A stretch of DNA of 64,000 nucleotides from Paraphysomonas bandaiensis (lineage: Eukaryota > Protista > Chrysophyceae): the NCBI GenBank assembly GCA_965644295.1, contig CBFFRP010000169.1, forward strand, positions 62,001 to 126,000, read 5' to 3'. Both the position numbers and the translations under genes were made by a program. Positions 23,516-36,000 of this stretch are shown here, piece by piece. The notes under the pieces are model-generated. The model searched no databases and was not told the DNA's origin. It worked only from the letters and a program-made list of their open reading frames with translations. The stretch's first letter is position 1; each line of letters opens with the position of its first letter.

Positions 23516-23709
23516 CATTCACTAACTATTGAGCGTGTCAGAGATAAACATAATAATAGTGGGATGAACTGTAATATTAGATGGTTCATTGTTTTAAAAA
23601 AGCATTTCAAGACATACTTTATACATTCTAGCTATACACTGCTGTCCTAATCCTACGACAATTGCCTGTTATCTACATTACTTATTTGCCGTTGACATAT
23701 ATACGAGGT

Positions 23710-23858
23710 CAGGGCCTGGTAACCATTAATGGCCCATTAATGGTAGTCCAGCTCCCGGCAATTATAATGGCATTAATTAAAAATGTCCCGGCAATTATAA
23801 TGGCATTACCATTAATGGCCCATTAATTACCATTAATTTTCGATCTCTTCCCAGCTTG
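23710..23858. mobile_element. Small MITE-like relic built from CCATTAATGG palindromes
   Basis: Starts CAGGGCCTGGTAACC. Repeated CCATTAATGG and a duplicated CCCGGCAATTATAATGGCATTA. Imperfect right end TTCCCAGCTTG; no clear TSD. Confidence 0.45.
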
Positions 23859-24056
23859 TGATATGCAAGACACAATAGGTTAAGAATACTTCTTATATAG
23901 AGTATAATTAAAAACAGCTACTTTGATATTATGACAACATCAGGCATCATCTTGATTTCCACACAACTATACAAATGAACGATATACTAATAAATAACCT
24001 ATTGATGACATACTATTTCGAATTTTAAAAACCTCACATTAATTTCACTGTATCTA

Positions 24057-27000
24057 TTACGAATCGCCAGTGTAGTCTCGGACAGAAGAAAACGGATTTT
24101 TCCAAGGATACGACATCAAGGAGAGATAGTTGTAACTTTCTTGGCCTTCATTCGTGGTGATCTCGTCTCTGCAGTCGTAGTGAGGAGAGATATCGCATTG
24201 TCGGTTGCTTGTCAGATATCCCATTACTCTAATAACTTCCGATACACACGATACTGGAATAGCAGAGAGGTCTCCAATCGTGACAGCACTCTCGCACGCC
24301 ACACAGAGGTTCCAAAAGACATCCTGACCACCGGAGTCAGAACATGTTTTCGAAATCTGCCCCGAACATTCAGACCAACTATCGATAACAGCGTATTCAC
24401 TTGCCGAGCACACACACAAAGCATGAACCCCAGCTTCCACCCGGCTGGCCTGGGAGTCTCGACACTCACGGACATGCACGGTGACTTCGCTGTGGCCCAA
24501 GTGCGGGTTCTGCACAACGGGCCCATCGTAGATTATATAGGTAAAGAAATCTGGCCCCAAGTAGTTCAGACGCGGAACATAATATAGCACCCTCTCCCTG
24601 CGTAAAAAGCGCTGAATAGCGTAGTCTCCATCTATTCTATTGTTGAGAGGAGTTCCCACGCCGTAATTATTCTTGCAATATCTATATTGCGAAACACCGC
24701 TTCTGACTCCATTCATGCCCGTTGTATCCACACCGTTACAAATACCAAGGGCTCGCTTCATTGCAGGCGAAGCCTCTAGCACGCCATCTTCTGTCAACTC
24801 AAAGGCATCTTTCCATTCGCCATATGAGCTGTGGGTACCAGTTGTTGTAGCGTATAGCGCACCGTACTTAGGAAGGGCCTTTACCTCCGCCCGCAGATCT
24901 TGGTAAAATGTACGCACCACTCCAGCAAAATCAGTAACTACAAGTACCCAGTCTGACACTGTGCCTGTCGACCCTTCCCATCCGCGGATATTTCCAGAAG
25001 TAAAAAACGGAGATGCAGTTATCTGCAGTGACCAACGGTCGTTGAACTTGATATTGTTGAACGCATTAGCAAAAGAATCTACCGGCTGATAAGGTCTTAC
25101 AACTGAGGCAGGGTTTACAGGATAACCTTCTGTGTACCACAACAAAGAGTTGAGCTTAACCTCAAATACCTCTACCTCTGCAAGAGCCAAGGCGCCTGGG
25201 CCTTCTCGCTGAATCTTAACGTAACCAATGTTTTCTATGTCCTCCGTCAATACAATTTGCTCTAATTTGTCAATTCGGTTGAAGCGGCGTAGCCACACTG
25301 CTTCAGCAATGGAGTCATTGAGAGATAGTGGGGGCTGTTCACCTGTTTCTTTAAAGAGCATCACCCAATATGGCACTAGCCAGCTGTTGAGTCCATCTAC
25401 TCCACCAACAAAATTAGCCACACGACTAACTGACTTCGCGAACCCTCTGGACTCTATCTGACTATACTTAACGAGTTGGAATCCTAAAATATTTTCCTGT
25501 TCTTCCCCATCTATAACATCAACGCCCCCAACAAAGGATGACTCCACTATGTTAACAACAGGTTCCGCTATCTCTACTCCATTGAAGGTGACAAGGTATT
25601 TCCAACCATGCCCTTTCTCCACACCGTCTCCAACAATAGTTTCTCTGGACACCGATAACTGTGCCAAACTTCCCAAAGCATTGATTTTTTTCTGCAAAAC
25701 TTTCGCCGTGGCGCCCATTTCAATAAACGCAGTGACAACTGAAGTCTCAGTGGGATCGTCACCTTCAATGTCATCGAATTGAAGTTTGAATCGCCCTCGG
25801 GGAAACTGGTCGTAAGCTTTTACAGTAACGGAGACTACAGCTGGAATCCACAATTGTGGAGTACGAGGCCAAATATTGATCGATCGCACTTTCGATCCAA
25901 TCGGCAAATGAAGTTGCCACCATCCATCATAATCAGATGCACTTGTTTCTGTCGTTGTTCTATCACCATATACTGGACTGTTGCTTCCATCGATTGCCCT
26001 GCTCGCAACACCACCGAACTCAGTTGAACTCTGATTCGCCACCCCTCGTCGGGCGATATTCTCTGCTCTGGTGTCGGAGAAGAAGAGATCACTCCCGATA
26101 CCGGTATCCGCACCCAGCGTTGACACGTTGTTACCAAGTCTAGTTCCCGGTACAGTGCGCCCAAGACTGCCCCCAAGACAGCATGAGTCGAAAACCGTCA
26201 CATCTCGTGATAGGTGTTCCAAACGAACAAGCAACTGCGCAGGATCCGTATGATAGAAATCGCGCACCACTATCTCTACTTTTGCGGGATAGCCAAACTT
26301 CCACTGCTGTTCGACTTTGTCTCGCAGCAGCTCATGATCATCTGGGTCACGAAGAGATATATCTGCTTCAGTAATAGGCGATTGCGTGCGATGTAGTATA
26401 GAAGCATTCTGTAGAATAATAGAACTCTTACCCAGATGATGAAGATCCACGGCATCGTCTTCTTCAGAGACAAAATATGAAAACAATACATCGGTGTCAC
26501 CAATATTGACAAGGACGTCCTTCTCATAAAATGAATTATTGTAGTACGCGTATGTACTATTTCCAGACCCAGAATACATTTCCAGAACCGGAACACCAAA
26601 AACAACTACTGGTTTAGAAAACCTAGCGAGAATTACAATCTGCTCGTTGAGACCATATACTCCTGATTTCTTCAGCGGCATCAGATACCTTACATACGGA
26701 GGTGTCGACTCTATATTCATAGGGCAACAGAAACCAACACTTCCGTCAGTGAAAGGGTAGGGGAGGGTAAGATCTGCAGGAATAGTTGGGGCAGCATCGG
26801 CCACACATCGACGTAGATCTCCAATTAGTGCGTTGATGCCGTCATATTCCAGAGGAAATGCGCTGTCTCCGGCTGCAATGGCATATTCAAAACGTAAATA
26901 TTGATAACATTCAAAATCGGTTAAGGATGGAATATGATCCGAACTGAAGGATGCATAGGCGATGCGGTCATTGTCAAAAGCCAGCCTTAACCTTGGTACT

Positions 27001-30000
27001 TCTATTACAGCAACAGGGGAGCTCATTTCGATGATGATTTGAACTACATCACCAATACCCCATGGGTACGTTTCACTGATATTGGGTGAGGTAACACGAA
27101 CGACGTGCGGCACATCGTTGTCAACGGCACCAATTTGAGCACCAACTATGGCATCGTCAACTTTCATTCCAGTCAAAACGCCTGTTTCTTCATCCACAAT
27201 AATATAATCTCCCAGTATAATCGGAAACTCTTCAGATATTGTGATCGGGCCGGATGGATCAGCAGCAGTTACGGGGTATACAAAATTGACGGAGTTTCCA
27301 ATATAGTCATTGTATATGGCGACACGCTCCAAGACGCTTTCATCATGATCGGCGGTAATGTTGAAACGAATATACATTGGAGTGGCCTCCCTCTTAAACA
27401 AGGACAAGGCCGAGTTGTCCATAACGGTAACATTACGATTGAATGCAAAAGAAATAGTTAATACATCTCCGGCGGTTGCTGACAACGGTATAAGGGTTAT
27501 GTCAACGTTTTTAGCTCGTGTTTCATCCATGATAATTGTATTAGATCTACCCAGACTGCCACTTTCTCCAGGATACGGAAGAGTCAGATCCACCTCAAGA
27601 CTTTCGTAAACATTAGCCATAAATACACCATCATAGAACGACCCAGCAATAAACTGAAGCGCAGTTGAAGATATATAATCTAACGCAGAAGTTGTATCGC
27701 CAGGCTGAATTACGTAAATAAATTTTAAAACCCTGTCACTCTCCATACCAGCAAAAGTCGCATGTGGCGTACCGAATAGTTTTAACGCGAGAGAAGGCTC
27801 GCCCACAACAGTTACTGGTCCCGTGAACTCAACAAATATTTCAAGTTCGTCAGGATCAGAAAATGTTCCATTCTGTGACGAAAATACTCGGCTCACACTG
27901 GGTAGGGTGTCAACAACTATGACTGTCTTATCGCACTCTACATAACAACATGTAGCGCCCAACTTCAGGTCCGCTGCTACGACAGGCATAAAATTCGTTT
28001 CAAGCAGAATACGGCCATTGTTCAAATCAATTTCCGACTCCCTAGCACACGATAATACACTACCATGTAGTTCCCCATCCACGACATAATCAAACAAAAG
28101 GCTGGACGAATTATAAAGTTCCACAAAGTTCAGATACAGAGGGACGTCATTATCAATGTACATAACAAGTACCGGCGACCCTTGCACGATGATAGATTCA
28201 CTAAGAACTACAACCACGACCATTCTATCACCCGTTGTGAGGATTCCACCATTCTCAACTTCAACTAAGTGTACTTCTACACTACTTTGATTTGGCAAAT
28301 ACGTGGTAGTACGTGCTGTGGAGTCAATGAGTTCCGACCGCATGGCATCTACGAATGCTTGAGTAGTTGCCTCTGTACCGTCAAAAACTACAGTGGGGTG
28401 AGCTGCAACAGCGGGCGTAAAGCTATCAGTGTATCCATCACGGGAAGACGACAGTAGACAAGCGGAATCGCCCAAAGTACACCCCATGAAACAGCCGATT
28501 GTATACGGGTTGAAATCAACAGACGGAACGGCACTTATGCAGCAGGGGTCATTTTCTCTTTCGCATAAGCCACTGTACCGCACATTACCAGAACACTCTC
28601 CGGACGCAGTTTCTCCAGATGTGTAGTAGCGATACATATACTCATCAACGCCGCTCAGACTTCCAAAGTAGCCGTTGCAGCTATCCAAGCAATACTTCTT
28701 ATGAGCACCACGGGCACCACATGGCCACATCAGAATTCCTGACGGTCCCATGTTACCTGCAACAACATTGAGAATTACCAGTGCGCAAAGGACACACAGT
28801 CACGTACCATACACAGGAAATCCATCTAAAGCCCAGCCGATCTGAGGACTATGTTGGTTTTCTTTGTTTCCTAGTTGCTCTAACAAACACACAGGAGGGA
28901 CATGATAGTGATAAACACCTGATGAATCCGAATGTCCCCCACATTTATCGAAAGTTACGCCTTCAGAATTCACTGCATCCCCACATTCAGTAGAGTCATC
29001 CAGCTGACCATACAAGTCAACCCCATTCAATGCCACCGCCAATGCTCCAGGTGTACACAAGGTGCTGCGTGGAGAGGTAGAAAATTTAGGATACAATGGG
29101 ATAGACAGTGTGGATAGCTCAAATACGGCATCAGACTTGTCATCTATACAGTCATTCTTTTGGCAGACATTATAATGATTCGGACAACTGGATCGAGTAA
29201 TAATTCTAGTTGATGAATTTACATCAACAGACTCAATATATATCCAACTACTTCCACTTGAGTCACAGAAACGGGACACCTCATTATCTTCCTCAGAATT
29301 CTCGATTTCAAGAAGTGCGGGTTTCAGGATAGAAAGGCCGCTAACATGCGCTCGTTTACTAGATATCTTAATACCAGCAGGGCTAAGCCTGTCCCCATCA
29401 CTGTCCTCCACAGACGGTTCTGGAATATTCTGTGCGGCACACAAACCCGTTGTCAAGTCAATGATTGAGCATGAAGAGGATGTCCGTAATGAAAATATAT
29501 TGGGATAGGATAACCTACTAACGTCATCCTCCGGCTGTATAGTCAAATAAAAAAGAGCCGAAGTTTCATTTTCCTGGTACGCAAAATATGCACTCGTATT
29601 TGAATTCAAAAGCAAATAAGTACTGTTATCATTGAAAGACACTGGACTGGAAAAGACTACTCGAATACTAAGCACATCACCTACGGAAACCGATCTTTGT
29701 AGAGAATCTACAAGAATCTCGGTCGGCACAGCCGATGCCACACCAGAAAGAGTGATGCGATGCCCACTACCTGAAATACTGGTGGAAGATAAGACAGATT
29801 CCACGTACGTCACCCACGCAAGGGTAGTGTTTGCAAGCACGCCAGGCGCCTGAGATTTTCTCCTCACAGACCCGAAAGTTACTTCTTCGCCATTTTCAAG
29901 ATACGTAGGAAATTTCAGTGCATATCTGTCCTCGTAATCAAACAGGGACATACTATCTTGTTTATTCACAGAGTAGACGAATTTTATGTCAGTCGTACCA

Positions 30001-33000
30001 TTTCCATTGTCTGTAATCGTAGCATAGCGATCTGTCCGCGAGATAAAGAACTTAATGGTCGGGTCTCCATAGACCACCACCTCCTGGCTAAACCTTACAA
30101 TAACGGGAATGTCAACTCCAGAGCCATAAGATCCATCAGGAATGGTTGTGAAAATACGAGTTATATTCGGAGGGGTGGTATCAATGCGAATGTTAGACAT
30201 AGACGAAAGACTCCCGTCAGCTCCAGGCAGCGGAAGGTCCAGTAAAGCTGGAACATATGCCACATCAGACAAGCGATAAACTTGTCCCCAATGGCTTTCA
30301 CGAAAAAGAACAATATCATTGCTGCGCCCCGCCCCACCATATAAATCCGCATTTAATCGTCCAGATGACCCCTTTATAATATCTGTGCTCAGTGCGAACG
30401 ATGCATCTAATTTGGTGCTATATGGGGCTTCCCTCGTGTCTACATAGTCTAGCTTTGTCGCTTCGTCACCATCCTGAACGGTATAACCATATAGGAATTG
30501 AGTTGTTCCGTTTCCATCAAGGTATACAGCATCTCTGTGCACGGATCCAGTGTTCAGCCGCAGAACAGGAGGATAAAAAGTCATCACAGGCTGTGTGAAA
30601 GTAACTTGAAATACAATAAAATCCCCGCAAGTATACACTCCTGACACGTTTAGCGCCTCCACTGACATCACAGCAGGTACTTGAAATCTCAGGAGAATGT
30701 CACGCCTGTATCGTACAAACGATTGATCTTCAGCGGGAAGCTGAACCCTCGCTTCAGTGGTGGGGGTGGTCGCCAATCTCTTGAAAATAGTTCCATTCAA
30801 GTGCTGGTACAGAGCTGATGTGCCAGCATAATCAAGAGGAACATTAGGGTGAAGAAAAATACCGGTTGGGGGCGGAGGCACAATGTAGCTGAAGTGAATT
30901 TCATCAGTACCATTTCCGTGACTATACCACGCCAGCAAATGCTTTATTTGATGAGGCACAAATAACTCAAGACTCGGCGTAGACGCCGAGTCCGACAAGA
31001 TAACAACTGGCTTTGTAAACATAACAGTTATGTCAAGCAAACTACCCGGATAATACTCCCCGTTCTTGTTGGTGGACGTTACCCTCCAAACTTCGGGTGC
31101 AGAGGTATCAATTGCAATAACATTCAACATCGATTCATATCCACAATCAAATACTTCGCTCCACTTGTTGCCAAGGGCATCTTCGAATTGCATATCATCA
31201 CCCATTATCTCTACACAAGAGCCATTCGCATCGTTCCCAACGAGTGATAGCGACTTTGAGTAGTCACCCGTCTCCACAACATACAAAAATGAGATAGATT
31301 TAGTTCCCGACCCGCCTATGTAGGATGCATTCTTCCCATCTGCTGAAGAATTCACACGAATATAAGCGTCGAAAATTGACAGATCTGAACCATTCGCAAC
31401 GGAAATGAAAACCTCAGAGTAAAACGTCAGTCTCACAATTATATCTTGTCCAGCTCCATACTCTCCCGCAGGAACATCTGTGTCAATAAAATGAATTCGC
31501 GGTGGCAGAGTTGCATCAACTGTAATGTTGCTCGAGTTTAAGCCATTCACAGAATCTTTAGGAAGAGTAATGTTCACCGGTGTTGAGGGATCCATGGAAC
31601 TGAGTAAAATGTGACTGTCATTCAGTCGAAGGGCTGAATTATTCAGTTCAGTGAGCGGTGATGCAACGTCACCATGTTCAACAATATACGAGAACACAAT
31701 TTCTGGGCTACTGTTCTGACGAAACGCAACGTATTCGTCCAGTAAAACGGCTCGTCGTATCTCACCTCCAAGATTCACAACATCAAGCTCAAGAAAAGGG
31801 TACCCAATAACCGTAACAGGAGTAGGATAAACAACCGTGATATCAATGACATCTCCAGCCTGTCCAACAACAGAAAAATTTGAATACACCCGTACCACTT
31901 CTGCAACTCCTGTGAACACAATCACATTCGCAGCATTAACAGATAAACTACTATCTGCGGGGGCGACAGACGCGGCATTGTTGGTCAGCGTTATCCACTG
32001 TGTAAAAGTTGAGACATAAATTCCGCCTTTACTCACACTTATAGCATTCGTATCATTGAGCGACAACCTATTAGACTCATACGAATCCGTGGCAAGTATA
32101 GTCCGTCTAAAAGTGACAGTACGGCGCTTGGAAGCAGGAATCATAATTCTTGTTTCGGGCTCATATGGGCATTGGTAAGGAACTGTTTCCAGTACGGACG
32201 GCGCAAGTCCATCAAATGCTAGACGATAAGAAATTCCGTCAGATATCGCATATGGCGTAATTTCTACAGGAAGCGCATCTTTCAAAGCGTCGAGTTGTGA
32301 TAGCTCATATTCCAGCGCATTGGTATCGTCCCAGCTAATGCATGCCGTGTAGCTTCCCTGATAAGATACTACATACGACCCCACTCTGCCGTTGACCATT
32401 AGCCACTGCTCGGACGACACATTGATATACTCTCCAACGAGACTCCCACCATCAACAGTTGAATAGCCTGCAAACGTAATCGTTGCATCAATATCATCAG
32501 ATACTTCGACATCACGCTCAAATTCTACACATATATCAATCGTATCACCCGGTTGAATGAATTGCGGTGGGGCGGAAGTTAACTTTGGGCAAATGTTGAT
32601 ATTTTCCACTCCAACTGCATTTCTACACTGAACGCTTATTCTGTGAGGAAATACTCTTCGTAACATGCTTCCATATGGTTCAGATATGGTAGTATTCACA
32701 ACAACGTTAGGATTACCAAGCTGATGCAAAACTGAGCTACTGAATTCCAAAGCGGCAGGGCCTAATGGTCCCAGATCCGATACGTCGACGGGATTTTCGA
32801 CGTGATAATAAAATAAAATCGTATCTGTGGCGTTCCCACTGTAATAGTACGCATACTCCTCAGTGTTAAGTAGAAGTTTCAAGTCAATCAAATAAAGTGG
32901 ATTCGCCACTGAAGAGGAAAATGAAACTGCTTCTGTGAATTCGACGGCAATGAAAATTGCATCGCCACACACCAATAAGTCAGAAGTATTCACTCCGTAT

Positions 33001-36000
33001 ACAGATCTCACGCGAGGAAGGCTAGTATAGATAGCAGTAGCTCCTTGTAACGGGGGGATGCCTGTATCAACGCTATGATAGTCAATGTTTTCGTCCGCAT
33101 ACAGGTAGCCACTAGATTCAAGAAGTACACTCGATGATTTAACGGCGACTTTGTCGGTATTGTCAGATGCTCTCCACATTGCATTAAATACACCAGATGC
33201 GTTTCCACCAATGGAGAGAATACTACTGGGTCTTTCGTGCATATCCCAATTCGGGTGAGATAGTACTAATGTGGTAGAGTTCTCCAATGAGGTACCGATA
33301 TCAATGAACACAGATAAGCTACAGGATGCTGTATAGCTGTCATCCAGGTAACAATGTAGTGAAGGATCTAGTGCGGAAACGCCGACAATATTCGAAGGAG
33401 AATGCTCTAATACCCGAGGAAATATAGACCCAAGTGATACCGTTGTCGCATTTATTGAATGAGCTTGATTGAGGGTACCACTACTGCTGATGTACAGCAT
33501 ATTTTCAATACCAATATGAAAATCTAAATCCGTAAAAGGCACATGATCTGAGGTCATCACGATAGATAATACCTTCGTGTTGTTATCAAATGCTATACTA
33601 CCAGCGCTCTCAAAGTAATGGACTGCACTGCCACCTCTGACAGACAGCATCGACATACTCTGTCCTTCCAAGCAAGGGGCATATATACTCACAACGTCTC
33701 CTTCGAGTAATGGGTGAGAGAAGCGGAAGTGGACTCGAACTTCAACAGGAGATGTGATATCAAATATATTATAGTGTATATCCGCAGCTTCGATTCCAAC
33801 TGTTTGCACCTCAGTGACTGCAGCTGACAGCACGGGCCCATCAATGGCATCAGTAGATACAACAAAATCTCTAGTTTCTTGGAGAGAAATTCCCACAGTC
33901 GGAAGAATTATCCCACTGTATGTCGAATTCGACCCCACAAAAACTGTTACCATTTCACCTTCCGAAATCTGTGTTTCAACAGCAGTGATAGTAAGGGTCT
34001 CGGAAGTTGCACTCCAGGTGGAAGAAAACCTGTCGTCAAGTCTTTCGATATCATCTTCACTATACACAACCACACTACCAGAAATCGTAACACCTGGAAG
34101 CATAAACATGACCGATTCCCCGCTACGAATTACGGTGGAGAGCTGAAAACATATTTTTAGTCCCGTCTCAGATGCTAACGACGCATTCGTGAATGAGATA
34201 GAAGAGTACAAAACATGACCCACAAGTTGCATGTCCTCAACAACTGTCGAGTATATCTTTCCCGAAGTCGTTGAGCCAGTGAAAACTACGATGTCAGCTA
34301 AATGAACAGACACACCATTATGAGGAACGCGCAGACCATCTACCACCACACAGTGGGAATAGTTAAAGCTATCGTCTATTGCACGAAGCCGAAGTGTCTC
34401 CGAACAGCCAATCCACTCCGCCTCAAACACCAAATGCTCACTCCTGAAATCGTCACAGTCGTATGTTGCTATAGAGTATTGGGAAGCCCAAAACCTCGGC
34501 ATATAGATATCAATATAATCATTTGTCGTAATGCTGGCAACACTTCCAAAGGATACCTTTGTTAAAGTAGGCTGACCACTGATAACTGTGCCATTGAATG
34601 ATATACTTGTTGACCTTATGCCAACTACTGGAGTGAAAGTCGAAAACTCTGTTGGACCCATCAGTTCATCATTGTCAGTCAGTGCCAGAGATACAGTAGG
34701 AAGAGATGTTGCAGAGTTTACTCCGTCAGGAGAAGATTGAAATTCATTGCTCGATAATAGTGTTATATGCACAAGAGAACAAATGCCAGTGAAATACACG
34801 CTGACTGTGGACGTAGAGGCATTCCATCCCAAATTTCCCACCCTGCTACACGATGATTCCATGACGTCAAAATCAATCTCTGTTACTGTTGCCTGGAATC
34901 CAGGCAACAATATATAGACAACTGAATTAGAATCAAATGTGCTAGCAGATTCGAGAACGATATCGATCGACGTTGTACTTCCAGCATATACCTCGTCAAA
35001 GCGAAGTGCCGACGATTTTAGTCCATGTGGAACAACAGAATCAAAACGAACGCGTTCTATTGATTTGTCAGGCCAAACTATATCATACAACACACTTTGG
35101 TCGTTTTCATAAACGATATCATTTCGGAGCGATAAGTGTGGTGATATAACAGTAATATCCCAAGAAGGTATCACAGTGTCGGACAAAACGTTGATAACAA
35201 GAGTCTCAGTTAAATCTTCCCATCTGGCACGGAAAATATTACCACGCGGCTCTCGTGACATGGAATCAACAATGGTAAAATTTTCATATACTGCATACAC
35301 TTCATATAGCTGAGGAACTGCGACTCTTATGGATGTGCCGTTTAGTAAGCCAATTTGGGATCGCAACGACAGTTCCACAAACACGTATTCTGTGGCATCC
35401 CTCATTATCACAGTGGGAGATGCTGATGGAATAGATGTTGGCACGCCAGACGGCAAGCTTGATGGAATACTAGTTGGGTCACTTATACTCATTGATGGTG
35501 ACATGGTGGCTGGAGCAGCGCTAGGAGTAAAAGTATCTCCAGAAACAGAATAATTAGCCACGTAAAAATTTATGCCAGCGTGACTAAACTTCATCCTGTA
35601 GTCCGCAAACACGTATGTCGTTGTGGTGGGACAAGTCAGCGACGACGCTGACACTTCCACTGGACATGAGTTATCTATCCTGGAGCAGTGAGGCCACTCC
35701 GTAATCAGAGCGCCTTCGTCAGAACGGACAGACAAACGCAGTGATGACAAACCAGACTTAAGGACAGTGAAAACTATGCTGTCGTCATCCGAAACAACCG
35801 CCGCACTATACTCAGACAGTGCTGATACTGTTGCAGATTCATTATCGACATCGAAACCCAAGATTCGAATATCAGAATCATATAAGAATGTGAAATGCGG
35901 CTTGTATACGGATATTGTATCACCTACACTAAAAGTGCATAAAAAATTTAATTCCACTGAAACATCTATCACAGGTGTAGCAGTCAACGCTGTATCGTAC

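Noticed and set aside
23399-23650. Separate 83-aa gene
   Set aside because: It is the 3' LTR copy of the gag start running into flanking DNA.
24057-28751. Independent 1564-aa gene
   Set aside because: A 51-nt GT-AG intron joins it in frame to the upstream ORF in the middle of the YHYH domain.
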